Shown: one piece after another, positions 49,800 through 62,270 of the stretch
How positions within the stretch are numbered: position 1 is the first letter of the stretch
Layout of the letters: each line of letters begins with the position of its first letter
Program-made: the position numbers and the translations under genes
The notes under the pieces: model-generated
The model's input: the letters and a program-made list of their open reading frames with translations, nothing else
Told to the model about the DNA's origin: nothing
Databases searched by the model: none
Source of the DNA: Marsupella aquatica
Lineage: Eukaryota > Plantae > Marchantiophyta
DNA: 64,000 bases
Assembly (NCBI GenBank): GCA_973895155.1
Contig: OZ316892.1
Span: 10,148,283-10,212,282 of the forward strand
Direction of reading: 5' to 3'

Positions 49800-51208
49800 T
49801 TGGGTGAGTTCTACATAGCAGAGTGATTGTGCTTTTTGGGGGGATTGGAAATGGAATGAAGGGAGGGTGGGGATACTCTGCTTGGAGAGCTGTCTACACA
49901 GTAGACAGTCTGGGGTTCAATTCCCTACTAGAGTCTTTTGTTTCATTACCTGAAATAGAATCCTATCATCAATGCAGATTTATTCAAAGTGTGCATAATT
50001 ATAGCTTGTGAAAAATATTCTGGCTGAGTTGCATCTTATTTAATAAAGGGTGCAATTTGCTACCCATTGCATTTGCTCTCTAGGCAAAAATATTTTGGCT
50101 ACCAGTCGTGGCAAAGTGCAAGTTGTTGAAGTTGCATGTTATTTAATAAATAGTGCATTTTGCTGCCCATTGTACTTGTTTCAATGTGCAAGTTATGAGC
50201 CTAATTTCATTAGGCTGCCTACCGCATCTTGTCCGTACTCATTGCACGCGCTGACATGCCTCAAAGATGATACAATTCCAAGCAAAAATGTATTGTTGGA
50301 GATGAGAAACACAAGATGCGTCTTTGAGACCTAATGATTTGACTGTTCGACATTGTGGCGCTCCCTTTTTTTGACAAATATTTTACAATAGTGCCCTCTA
50401 TAGCATCTACTTCTATGTCATCGTCCGTGTTGCTGCCCTCCACACCTCCACCGTGTCCTCCTCCTTTGCCTCTCCTCCTCCTGCTCCCCTGGAAAAAGCA
50501 ACCGTGGTCTCTCGATGCTCGTCCGACACATAATCAAATCAGCACTCAAACAGTTCAACCGAGAGAAGGAGATCAAGAGGTTAAAGCTCATTTGCCAAAA
50601 TGTAGAAGTTGCACAACTCCGTAAGGCTAAGTATGTGTGCTTTGCACTCAAATGCTGCAAGAAGAATTCCATTTGGAGTCCTAGACTTTTGGCAAACAAC
50701 TCCATGAGATTTTTATTGATTATTCCTGCCATCCCTATGAGGTGGAGTACTGGTCTATGTTCTTTCTCTGCTCCCATTGACAGTTCCTGAAGCTTTGATT
50801 GTTGGGTTAGTTCTACATAGCAGAGTGACTATGCTTTTTGGGGGGATTGGAAATGGAATGAAGAGAGGGGTGGGGTACTCTGCTTGGAGAGTTATCTACA
50901 CAGTAGACAGTCTGGGGTTCAATTCCCTACTAGAGTCTTGGATTTAGTTACCTGAAATAGAATCCTGTGCAGATTCATTCAAAGTGTGCATAGCTATAGC
51001 TTGTGAAAAATATTCTGGCTGAGTTGCATCTTATTTAATAAAAGGGTGCAATTTGCTACCCATTGCATTTGCTTTCTTGGCAAAAATATTTTGGCTACCA
51101 GTTGTGGCAATGTGCAAGTTGCTGAAGTTGCATGTTATTTAATAAATAGTGCAGTTTTCTGCCCATTGTACTTGTTTCAATGTGCAAGTTATGAGCCTAA
51201 TTTCATTA
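49800..51208. repeat. Pair of ~410-bp direct repeats (49800-50212 and 50802-51208) flanking a ~590-bp unique spacer
   Basis: Both copies run from TTGGGT(G/T)AGTTCTACATAGCAGAGTGA to GAGCCTAATTTCATTA, with scattered substitutions and a small indel. Confidence 0.92.
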
Positions 51209-51782
51209 CAGTTTTGCAACTATGCTTGGAATTCTTTTTCCTACATTGCTGATCCTTGGCCAAAATATAAACTTTAATACTTTGAAAAGGGGAAATATGT
51301 TGAGCATAAAGGAAATATAATTTTTTTTATTAACAGGGTGTGCAAACCATTCAGATGCAATTTGGAGAGAAATATCTTATTGTAAAACCTCATTAAAAAT
51401 TTAATTTCTCCTAAAACATATCGAGAAAAAAAAATGTAACTATGGTTGGCTATACAGCAATGTAGGAAAAAATTATCATACTACATCTCTTAGTGGCAAC
51501 TCTCATTAGTGTCATCAAAATATATTCCCAACACCAAATCACATAGTTGCTCCTAATCTCAATAAGTAGATACCCATATGTGTTTTCTGTTTTGTCTTTT
51601 GGAAGATAGGGATGGGTGTAGGGCAACAGTTTTGAAAAATACTTTAGAACTTTTTCTTTTCTCCTTTTGATTTCTCTTGGCCCTTTCCCCTCCTCTTTTA
51701 CTCCTCTTCATTGGGTTACTCTTCATTGGGTTACTCTTCATTGGGTTGCTTTGTACGTCTTTGGGATCATGTGTCCACCTAA

Positions 51783-52042
51783 GGACTGTCTTGCATGTGC
51801 AAGAGTCCTGAAAACTGCCGCCCTTACCAAGCCACAGATGTCGGGGAAAAGTTAAAACCAAATGTTTTGTTTTATTACATTTTAAAGGTTCGGGACCTCA
51901 AGGGCCGAAAATTTTCTGGCCCTTGCCCTTGTATCTCCACAAAAGAAGCCATCAGGACTGCCGCCCTCTCGCTCCCTCAACTCATGACACGAATTCATTT
52001 TAGGGCCCATGTGCAAAGGACCAAAGACATGCAAGACGGCCC
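51783..52042. mobile_element. Tourist-like (PIF/Harbinger) MITE, TSD TAA
   Basis: TAA|GGACTGTCTTGCATGT ... ACATGCAAGACGGCCC|TAA (14/16 TIR match). Confidence 0.75.
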
Positions 52043-52898
52043 TAATTCCTTTTTCGCTCTTTGGGCAGTGTGATATACATTTTGATACAATGAAAATTTT
52101 GAACTAGAAATTAGATAGAATCCAAGCCTACTTCAGCGGATCTTGGTTTGCACTGAATCTTCTCCCAGATCATTTCGTACTGAGGTTTTGGTGGGAAAGT
52201 ATCGATGCCGTGCAAGGCTGGAGTGGAAGGCCGGAGATGGTGGTGAGAGACAATTTGCGATTCTACACTAGAATCTGTATTGCGGGCCTCCAGCCAGTCT
52301 GGGTGGGAACGTAGCGATGTACTACACGTCTGGAGGAGAACAGGGAAGATGGTGGGGACGCGCTGCGGTTCTACACGAGAGCCTGTTTTGTGGGATTTGG
52401 GTATGTTCAGAATAGTCACGGCTGACTCCTATCGCTCCATTATATTGCATTCCGCTAGTTTTGAACGACTATTATACTAATGTGATGGAGACTTGCATTC
52501 GATCGTTACATTCCAGTTTCTGACTTTCCTAGCTTCATAGAAATCCTCCCGAACAAGGTGTAAGACTCCCTCCGCTTGCTATCGACATCCTTTCTACTGT
52601 TTGTTAGGCGCCTTAAAACCCTTGTGATAGCGTCAGATGTGAAAGTTATCTGGAAAAGCGTCTGTCCCGCTTACTTGAAGTTCGTTCCTTACATTGCAGT
52701 TCTTGTCGTTCTGCTTCTCTTGCTTACTTATAGATTTCAATTCCCTGCATGGACGCAGATTTTCTGGCAGTGTAGCCGAATTGCATGTTGGTGTACTTTT
52801 AGGAGCTCTTAGTACTAGGCGAGCTAGCAACCTTGGTCGATTTCTCCAACCTTTCCATCCAGTTGGCCAGCTGCTGCCGAACGCCAGAGTACCGTGCA

Positions 52899-54149
52899 AT
52901 GGCGTCCGACACTGAGGGAAACTCTCAACCTCTTCTTCCGGGGATCCCTAATGAGGTTACCTTGGACAAGATAACCCCAAAGCTGTCGTGGAGAGATTTG
53001 TTCATGCTATCGTCAGTATCTCGTGCGTGGCGGCACGCAAATCGAAGTCGTCAAGTCTACACTGCAAGACTCCGTCAGGATTCTTTAGAGACACTTGTGC
53101 TCATCGATTATGCTCATCAGACAAGGCTTGGACACTTGACTTCATCACGGCAAAGAGGAACGTTACAAAGTGAGGGGACCAGAAGAGTAGGCAGAGGTGC
53201 AGGTGATCGCGGGGGTCAGTACCAGGCAGCGGAACTAGCAAGCAGCGGTTGTAATGGTGTTGCTCTCTATTCAATGAGAGACAGTTCTTGTTGTGAGCTT
53301 CCTCCCATTCCCAATGTGGCTGGAGGGTTCCCAGAGTTCTGTCAATTTGTGTCATTGGACGGAAAGGTTTACGTCTTGGGAGGAAGACTTTCACGCCGTA
53401 GGAAGAGTTGGAGGGTGTATGTTTTGGATCTGGTTGTGCAAGGACAATGGCGAAAGTGTGCGAATATGCTCCAGGCAAGAGTGAATATTGAATGTGTTGT
53501 CATAGATGGCAAGATTTACGTATCCGGAGGTAGTTTTCGCTGGGGTTCAGAGGTTTATGACCCCAAAGAAGACTCTTGGTCTCGAATTGGGTGGAACGCG
53601 CTATCATTGCGTTTTCCTCACAATGCTGAAACTTTGGAAGAGGAGTTTGTGTTTTATTATGGAGTTTCTTTTATTCGAGAAGTTTTGGAAGACGACTCTG
53701 ATGATGGACTTGATCGCATGTGGCGCCACATAGCAGCAGCGGCTGCGGAGTTCCAGGTTCCACAGACCCCATGCTTTTTCATGTCACGAGGCAAACTGCA
53801 CCGGATGGGGCCATTGAGTAGGATGGGGCAATATGGTATCGCAGTCCACTCTGCAGACGAAAGTACTTGGACCATTTTGCATTCATTTACTTTCGATGCA
53901 ACTGGACGATTTGACTACAATTTCTTCATGCCGATGGCTGTCTTGGCATTGAATGATGAGCTGTTGGCTGTCGTATCTTGGTGCAACAGACACGGTGGGA
54001 CTGGGTTTTGTTTACTTCAAAGTAAAGGGTTCTGTAGCATGACCCACGAGATCTGGTGGCAGAAAGTATTCGAACTGACTTTCTCCTTGAAAAACCTGAA
54101 AGAGTCACTTCTCGGAAGAAACATCTACATGCGTGCCATTCAACTTTGA
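52899..54149 (+). CDS. F-box/kelch-repeat protein, intronless
   Basis: F-box LLPGIPNEVTLDKITPKLSWRDLFMLSSVSRAWR. Kelch repeats VSLDGKVYVLGG...W and VVIDGKIYVSGG...EVYDPKEDSW. First ATG at 52899. Confidence 0.9.
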   Translation: MASDTEGNSQPLLPGIPNEVTLDKITPKLSWRDLFMLSSVSRAWRHANRSRQVYTARLRQDSLETLVLIDYAHQTRLGHLTSSRQRGTLQSEGTRRVGRGAGDRGGQYQAAELASSGCNGVALYSMRDSSCCELPPIPNVAGGFPEFCQFVSLDGKVYVLGGRLSRRRKSWRVYVLDLVVQGQWRKCANMLQARVNIECVVIDGKIYVSGGSFRWGSEVYDPKEDSWSRIGWNALSLRFPHNAETLEEEFVFYYGVSFIREVLEDDSDDGLDRMWRHIAAAAAEFQVPQTPCFFMSRGKLHRMGPLSRMGQYGIAVHSADESTWTILHSFTFDATGRFDYNFFMPMAVLALNDELLAVVSWCNRHGGTGFCLLQSKGFCSMTHEIWWQKVFELTFSLKNLKESLLGRNIYMRAIQL

Positions 54150-55019
54150 AAGCCTTTTAGGGGTAATCCACAGTTTTCATGTGAAGTGACAACATTGAAT
54201 CTTCACGCTTTATCCAAAAGTCACCGGTGCCCAATCGATACAAGGAAAGAATCACTCATGATGCTTGTGAAGGCACTTGATTGTATTCACGGACGATTGC
54301 TACGTTACTAGTTATGGTTGGGATAACCGCTCTTTTTGAAGATCAAACACTACTCTTAAGTATGACCATAAAACAATGTGAATGGAATGAGTTTCTCTTG
54401 CTGAATACTATTGTGGACAACTGTCATTCTTTTATAACAAGCGTACATCTCAATCATGTACTTTGCATGGCTCTGACTGGAGACTACAATAATTGTGGAT
54501 GTTTTGGATGAAGCTTGTCTCCTCGAATATGTACTGACAGTTAATCTTGATTCGCTGTCCTCTAGTCCCATCGTACCTGTGGATCGTTTATGGGCGACTG
54601 TAATGATTTTGCAATTGGAAGGAATGTTATTAGCCGAAATCAAGAAGCACAATACAGAATTTATGTTCGGTAGCCACTCGAGAACAAATTCCAATAAGAA
54701 TCATGCCAATTTACGAACCCACACTTGCAACAATTGGGGAGCTAGCAAGTTAATTTTGGTAGTGCGGTTGCAATTGGGCTCTTGTCACCTCGCTTGTCAC
54801 CGGAAACAGGCCTTTAATTCTCTTTGATTGTTATTCCCTCTAGGATAAACCTTTACCTTTATCCGTGTTACGGATTTGGGTTCATTCGTCATTCGTCTAT
54901 GATTAGTGTGACATCTTGTAGAAACTTCGCTAGTAGTCCGTAGTCCTTGTCCACGTAGAGGCAATAAATGCAGCTTCATTGCAATCTCATTTTATAAAGT
55001 TAGCTCCCTTCTGTTGAGA

Positions 55020-55124
55020 AATGTTAGTACACATAAGGGTGTTCCGAAACAGTAGATATATCCATGAAAGTAATGTTAGTACACATAAGGGTGTTCCGAA
55101 ACAGTAGATATATCCATGAAAGTA
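55020..55124. repeat. Perfect 52-bp tandem duplication
   Basis: ATGTTAGTACACATAAGGGTGTTCCGAAACAGTAGATATATCCATGAAAGTA occurs twice. Confidence 0.95.
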
Positions 55125-55822
55125 GAGAAGTGCCTTATATCTCTGGCAGTCTGTCTTTCCCATCTATTTGCGAACAGTCGCAGTCTAGTGATGTGACGCG
55201 TTAGAATGAATCTTCATAGCTACTTAGCTTTCGGTTTCATTTCATGTAGTATGCGGTTCATTAGAGAACGAAGAGAAGGGCCGAATCATGAGCAAGCAAA
55301 GACGCGCGGTAGTGGACCTCGTGTTTTCCAATTCGAGAGACCCTCCTGAATTTCGAAATCAATGTCCAAATCTATGACAGCGTACATATTTATTAAGATC
55401 AAAACTAATTAGAATGTTTAACCTGTCCTATTTATTGAATATCAGAGGACACCCGAATAACATGCATGCAGACAATCTCCAGCAGCAGTACACCTAAACA
55501 AAGGATAAATGAGCAGAACAAAGCCATTTCCTGGTCGAACAAAAATACAAGACTTGCAAAACGAGATTGTTTCCAAGGCGAAAGACGGCACCCATCTTCA
55601 GCACCTAAGCTTAAAACTTGTAATCGCAATCATAAACGATCAAGCGATCATATAATAACCAGGAAGTAATTTAAAATTCCTGTGGGATTACAGATTTTAC
55701 TCTTGGCTCGGAGCATGAAGCGGGTTAGACCCAAAATCTCAAGCATCGGACAGCTTGCGACCATACTCCTAATTTCGCACTGATTGATCCGAGAAGTAAT
55801 ATATATTCCTTGTAGCAAAAAA

Positions 55823-57358
55823 TTACACCTTGAAGCCTCTGCTGTTTCTGCGCCCTCTAGCCTTCTCAAATTTGCGACCCTTGGAGCGAACATAAGGCTT
55901 GGTGTGACTGTGGGGCACACCAGGTGCTCTACCGAAATGCTTCACTGCCTCCCGAGCATTCTTAGGTCCACGCAGTAACACCTGCACAAATATCACGGGA
56001 CGGTCCATCCATAAGCAATCATAGTCTACCATCCATGACCTGTGACCAAATTAATGTATAGGGATAAGTATCCGTTTCAGTGAGTGCATAAAAATTGACA
56101 TGTAGCATTTAGCTCAGCGACCATATACAAACTTCACTGGTCGAGGCAATTTCAAGCACAATCAAACCTAAAGATTTAAAATGAGTGGCAAGGGCGCGTA
56201 AGCGAAGACCACTCACAGTGTTGGCTCCAGTAGGTGCTTTCAAAGCCAGCTCGTCAAAAGTCAAACACTCGCCACCGGACTTCAAGATGCGGGCGCGTGC
56301 GGTCTCAGTAAACCGTAGAGCAGCAACCTTGTAAGCTGGGAGCTCATACAACCTCACGTCGTCGGTTACGGTACCAACGATCACGGCAATCTTGTCCTCC
56401 TGGGAAGAACAAATGAGCCACCGCAGCGGTGAGTCCATACAATCAGCAATGAATAACTACCGTGAATCGCTGTAAGAAGGCAGCATTCTCATCCTCCTGC
56501 GAAGTTTAGAGGCGCTATGTTGTACGCTTCGTCAATGACACTTCCACCATTAAAGAACCCTAAAAGGCCGTGTCCATTACAGCTCGGCAAGATTTAGAGA
56601 GGTCTTACCTTGCCCTTCATGTACCGCACAAGACGGGACAGAGATAGAGGAGGCCTGTTGGTCTTGCTCATGAAGAGCCTTTTCAACACAACGGCATTGA
56701 AGGGAGCATCCGTTCTTCTGACGAGGAACCTGTAGAGCTGCACCACCAAAATTTCCGTTCAGGTCGAAAGCAAAGAACTTGAAAGGTCGTTCGTGTAATC
56801 CAGAATATCCAAAACATAGGCGAGGATCCATATGCAAGACAAGGGTCCGAAGATAGGCCGATTCATAAGATGTAAGCATTTTGGAGAGGTCACATACCTT
56901 CACCAGAAGCTTCAGGTACACATTGTTACTCTTGGGTGCTGTACGCTTGGTCTTCTTGTTGCGCCCTCCGGCTTTCAAATCGATACCCTGTGCAGACCCA
57001 TAAAAACCACACTCAAACCGAGAACAAGAGAGTCCCACAGCCGCGTCCTTCCAGGATATGCAAACACCGGACAGAACCTAGCCAACCTCTAAAATTCCAA
57101 CAAGACAAAGACCGGACAGAATCACTGAAGCGGCGGCGAATCCAGGAACTTAGTTCGACCAGAAATCAATCGTCGGGAGGAATTAGGGAATCACCATGAT
57201 GGGAGCTCAGGTTATGCAAACACAATACGAAACGAGCAAACCCTATCACGACACAGAAGAAATTCCAGCAACAAACACACTCGACACGAACAGAAGCGCG
57301 GCGGAAAATCGAGTTCACCAAACTGATCGTCGAGGCAGAGAAATTCAGGACATACCAT
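55823..57358 (-). CDS. RPL18: 60S ribosomal protein L18 (eL18), 187 aa. Exons 57358-57356 (ATG only), 56987-56898, 56737-56609, 56399-56217, 55981-55823
   Basis: M|[30 protein letters not shown]|LYRFLVRRT...|[16 protein letters not shown]...|[17 protein letters not shown]...[12 protein letters not shown]. Exon lengths sum to 564 nt. Confidence 0.97.
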
Positions 57359-57487
57359 GACGGCAGCTCAGGATTTGCACGATGAAATCCGCAGCAGCAG
57401 CAGCAGCGCACCGCAGAAGAAGAGAAGAAAGGGAAACTCCGACGCGAAGGAGAGTCAAGAGAGGAGAGAGAGGTGAAAAGGGGTTAC

Positions 57488-57603
57488 AAACCCTAATCCT
57501 GACGATGGGACTATGGGAGCGCTATGCGCCGTCCATGAAAACCCCCGCCAGACCCCTACAATAGATTACGTCAAGGTTCCATGCTCTAGGGGCGAGGGCC
57601 CAA
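57488..57603. promoter_or_regulatory. Telo-box (AAACCCTAA, 57488) plus site II-like element (GGCCCA, ~57597) upstream of RPL18
   Basis: Motifs read directly; this pairing is typical of plant ribosomal protein promoters. Confidence 0.65.
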
Positions 57604-58172
57604 GAGTACCGACGCTCCCTCCCACCCCCTGGTACCGGATACCAGTAAAGGATACCAATAAAGGGTACTTCTATTGTCTAGAGTGGAGCTTTTAGACATG
57701 GACTCTAAATGAGGCCTGATTGAAATTGAGGGTGCATACAAAATGGTGACAAAGATGAATAGGAGAGATTTTTTCTTCTCCATCTCTATGTCCATGCAAG
57801 GAACGGGTGTTCAGGTTTAATCAGGCTAGTGCACTGAATTTAGGGAGAACCCCAACATGATGATAATCAATGATATTAGCCCTTGCCATTAGAAAGAATG
57901 TTGTTGTTGCCCCAACTGTAGCATTGATATAAATATTAAGTGTGACCAGACCACTATCACTTGCAGACCAGATGCGCAAGCACATGTGTGGGGCAGGCCA
58001 ACTTGATAGAGGCATTCTTTTTTGACACAACCCCCATGCAAAAGTGGGATCAAGCAGAGATGTTCCAGTGCTCAAGCATTGGCCTTTGACGGAGTTACGA
58101 AAAGGGGCACTCCAGGGAAGTGTATGTCTGGGAAGAAGACGCTACCTCCTCACCTTACAAAAATCTCCCTAA

Positions 58173-58544
58173 GGGCCAACTCGCATGTGAGTGGCCTTGT
58201 GTTTTGCGGCCCAATACCCTTGCAACACTTTAGGACAATTGAATCTATACATACAAGTCAACCTTTGTCCCCACTACGTGTCATGTGCACTACGGCAAAA
58301 CTTGCAATGGCAGACTGTTGCAATATGATTGTGTTACTTTAGGGCATTTGTTTTATGTGGAAGTTGAGGTCGGGACCTGCAAGGGCCGAAAAATTTCCGG
58401 CCCTTGCCTTTTGATTTGCTAAGTTTCTGTTGTCCGGACTGGCAGGGGAGGAGGTGACAACATTTTTCTCTCATGCACTAATACATTGCCGCAAGTCAGT
58501 TTTAGGGCTGCAAAGGGTATGGCCGCTTACATGTGAGTTGGCCT
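58173..58544. mobile_element. Tourist-like (PIF/Harbinger) MITE, TSD TAA
   Basis: TAA|GGGCCAACTCGCATGTGAGTGGCC ... GGCCGCTTACATGTGAGTTGGCCT|TAA. Confidence 0.8.
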
Positions 58545-58935
58545 TAAAGCAATTTCCTTGCCAATATCCAAAAACTGGAGTTGTACTAAATGAAGACAGT
58601 TTCAAGCTTTCTTGAGTGTTTAGATTTCACACCAAAGTGCAAAAACCCTGGCCAAAAGATTAATCATATTGTTGGACATCCTTCCTCTATAGTGGAGAGA
58701 CTCATGCAACCTCCCAAGCTTAATTGTAGGACCTCCTCTCCGGCCAGTAGCTACAGTTGTTCAAGCTTTCAGGGTTTCAGGGATGCTTTGGGTTTAGATT
58801 CCTAGAAAACAATGCTTAAATGGACCTCAAAATTTGCTGATATGTTTGCGTGGACTCTCACAACTGGGACAGAGTACTTCCCAACATTCAAATTTGCTTG
58901 GACAACACATTTATAGTAAAGAATTAAAAAACCCT

Positions 58936-59149
58936 GCTTTTAAGTACTTTGCCACTAAAGATATGCTAATTGACAATATTGCCACTGTTTTTTTGTATTT
59001 ATAAAAATGCCATGATTTTGTATATGGATGACAAGTTTACCAAGGTAACCAAGGGAACTATATACGGAACCGTGACATTTTTGTAAATACACAAAAATAG
59101 TGGCAATATTGTAAATTCAAATATCTTTAGTGGCAATGTACTTAAAAGC
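58936..59149. mobile_element. Fold-back MITE with ~85-bp inverted arms
   Basis: GCTTTTAAGTACTTTGCCACTAAAGATAT...ACAATATTGCCACT...GTATTTATAAAAATG is mirrored by CATTTTTGTAAATAC...AGTGGCAATATTGT...ATATCTTTAGTGGCAATGTACTTAAAAGC. Confidence 0.85.
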
Positions 59150-62035
59150 TGAAAAAAAAACATGTAAACCAAATCTAATTGGTGATTATGATGATCATCT
59201 TTTGAGCTAGCTACACATGCACCATGGAATCACTCAAATCAAAGGAAAACAAATACACAAATTGTCCCTAACCTGATCAACATTATGGGCTGTAATCCTT
59301 GAGGTGGCCAGCCCAAAGGGCTTACAGGCCATGCCCCCCAAACAGGGGAAGGGTTACTGAGCATAAATTTGACATGAGTATATTAGAAAACTATGTTTGA
59401 GGCCCTGATTACCGTCAATTATACACTAATTTAAAGCATGGAATCAAAGAATCCTGTGGCCAGGCTGGGGAGGGGAGTGCATAGAAAACCAAGGGTAACA
59501 TCTCCACTCAAGCAAATATTGGGAAAAAATTGGGACAAACCAATTCCATGATCACAGAGTTTTGAATCAACTAGCCCAAATACGTACATGCAGATGCAAG
59601 AGATGGGCTCCTTGTGCCCAGACTCTCCATGCCCGTCTCTATTCACAAGCATAGTCTAAGTATTTATACAAATTTGCTAGTAGAGAAAATATAGTCTACG
59701 GCCTCAGTATACAGAGTACGTGACCCTAGACTTGACTTGCAAACTATAGTATAAATAGATAGATAGATAGATGAATCCCCAGGCGGGCTGGTGAGAGATA
59801 TGTCCCAAAACCTTCAATTAAAATACAAAAGATACTTAAGTTTGTGCATAAGTTGAGCTCTTATTGTCCCCTTTGAAAGATACACACATCAGCTTGAGTG
59901 GTCTTTTGTGAATGTAGATGGGCCTTAGGAAACAAACAAGTTCTTTGATCAACTAGCCCGATTGCCTAAAGTATTATTTGAACATAAATAGAGGTGAGTA
60001 CATTCAAGCTGTTTGCCGCCTCTCCAATTTACTCTTCAAGTGCTTTCCTATGACTCCTCACACATGCCACCATTTTCAAATAGTCTCCCGACCCCCAACC
60101 TCAGTTTTCCACGCGCACCCCCAACTTCAGTTATGCCCCAGACTCATGTTCTAGAGTCTTCACATTAGACTATAGGTCCTGAACAGTAGGTTCACATCAT
60201 GATCATAGAGTTGGATGGCCCCTGACATGTAGCACCGTTTACAGAGACTTGCCCTGCCCCTAATCCCCCTATTGCACATCTGAGTTACACCCCAAGAGGC
60301 ACTGTCAAAAGACTCCGTGCTAGACTGTAGGCACTCAATAGTAGGGTCAATAGAGATTATACAGCTAGACATTTAGACAAGCCAAATGCCAGTACCTTGC
60401 AAAGTACTTTTCAAGATTGTACTTTTGATGTTGAACACGAGTGTTGTAAAGCATGAGTTGGATAACTAGGCAATCAAATGTTGTGGGGAGTTGGAGATTG
60501 GATTTTAAAGGAGGGCAAGCTCTAAGGAATTGGAAATAGGATTTTAAAGGAGGAACAGACAGACAAATGGGCATATTGGAACACAAAGACAAATGGGCAG
60601 ATTGAAACACAAAGACGGCCTAAATATTGATCAACAAAATGGGTCAAATAGTATCCTTGAGTCCCCTTGCAATCCGGGACACGCACAGATGGGGATCACT
60701 CACTTTAGATGACAGCGTGCGAGTATGAGTACAACATTTGTTGTTTCTTAATGTGAAGCTCCACTTCCAATGAAATTTGAGCACCATTTCAGTCGATTGG
60801 AGTCGGCAAATCAGCACCGTTCTCCCTTACACGTGAATGCTCTCACTTAATTCTCCTAAAAATACAAGACAAGCTGGAAGTTGAGATCTGTCACCACGAA
60901 CACAATAATACTACCCTAAACAATTATAGTGAGCGAGCAAGCATTGTTTCATGAACCGAGTTATCCAGAAGCCTCCAAATATATGGTATAAAATGGTCCA
61001 TGCAACATTTTTGATGTGGTGTAACTCATATCCACAAGTCGTTATAGTTGAGAGTGAGTGTTGAAAGATCATAAGTGCAGCAACCATCATTCCAAGATGT
61101 ATTCTCCCTAATTCCGTCCGTGCATAACAGATCACAAGAAGTAGGTTGTCATTTTTCAACCCTCCATGCACAAAATAGATCACAAGAAGTGATTCTGTGA
61201 TTTCCCAACAAAGGGAAGAGACTGAAACCCAACAAATACAATCCACCCAGGGGGAGATACAAGATGACAAACACTGCTCCTAGTTAAAGGTGCAAGAGAT
61301 CAGAGATGATAAGCTAATCCTATCTAACGTAAACTAATCCTACCTGACAGGAAAATTACCAAAAAATGAAAGCAATTATTACAATAACTATCTAAAAACG
61401 ACGGGTTATCCAGGCATACACTGTCGTTGGTGAGAGCCTTGTCAACAATGTTTCCTCATGCTGGCGCTTCCTTACTGTTGATTGTTCACGGAAGTTCGAC
61501 AAGTTCTAAGTATGCATCTTTGCATCGAGTCTTCCCACACAAAAAGATATGGTGCAATAGCTTTCTACTGCCACAAATGTCGCTGATGTTATGGAGAAAC
61601 TAGGTTATGTATAAGATTAGCTTAAGGTTTTCGTTTGCCATTGACCTTGCTGCTTTGTCATCAAGGAGAGAAAAGTTGAATTTGGAGAAATGGCTTCAAG
61701 ACAACATTACGGTTTATAATTTTTTTTTAGGAAGACAACCCATAACGGTGGAGATATATTAAATCAAGCTCGTCGTCTGAACGTGTTAAATGGATTAAAA
61801 TGTCTCAATTGGCACATCTTAACACAGATGGTCACTGTTTGGATTTCTGCTCTTCTCCCTCTATGAGAAGTGACTCTAGGCAGCCCGTAGCCCTGAACGG
61901 GCTCAATAAAGATAACTAGCCTAAAGATCATGAACTTGCTCACAGCTTGCCCTCAGGAAGTTCTCATTTAGAATCAACTTTGCATCAATGTGACATGGGA
62001 CTGATTTTGGTCCAAGCTCGACAAGGGCTTTGATT

Positions 62036-62270
62036 TCAATGCCACACATCAGCACACCGTTTCTCCTGTTCATCGACAGGCCTGTTCACGATAAAGAAGG
62101 AGCCATCAGCTCCAGCCAAGTCCATACTGGTCAGCTCAATCAGCCCCCTTTGCCTTGATTTTCAGGATCACCTGTCCCTCCGATGCCACTTCGACAACCT
62201 TACCCTCAGGTCCATTCCTTGCCACGAACAAATTCCCATCCATGTCTGATCTCGCCTGTCTACATCATGA
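62036..62270 (-). pseudogene. SMP-30/gluconolactonase-like beta-propeller C-terminal fragment with frameshifts
   Basis: HDVD / ARSDMDGNLFVARNGPEGKVVEVASEGQVILKIKAKG / LIELTSMDLAGADGSFFIV...RCADVWH*. This resembles the family pattern DGxxxDxxGNL[YF]VA...G.V....P.G......I.....T...FGG.DG. Confidence 0.6.

Noticed and set aside
49800-51208. TRIM/LTR retrotransposon interpretation of the 410-bp direct repeats
   Set aside because: No convincing TG...CA ends with a TSD, no complete PBS and no polypurine tract in either orientation.
51235-51471. MITE defined by a 17-bp inverted repeat (TTTTTCCTACATTGCTG)
   Set aside because: The inverted repeat is real, but no TSD or clear termini could be established.
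56400-56608. Box C/D snoRNA in an RPL18 intron (GGATGA...CTGA on the minus strand)
   Set aside because: Non-consensus C box, too short and no terminal stem.
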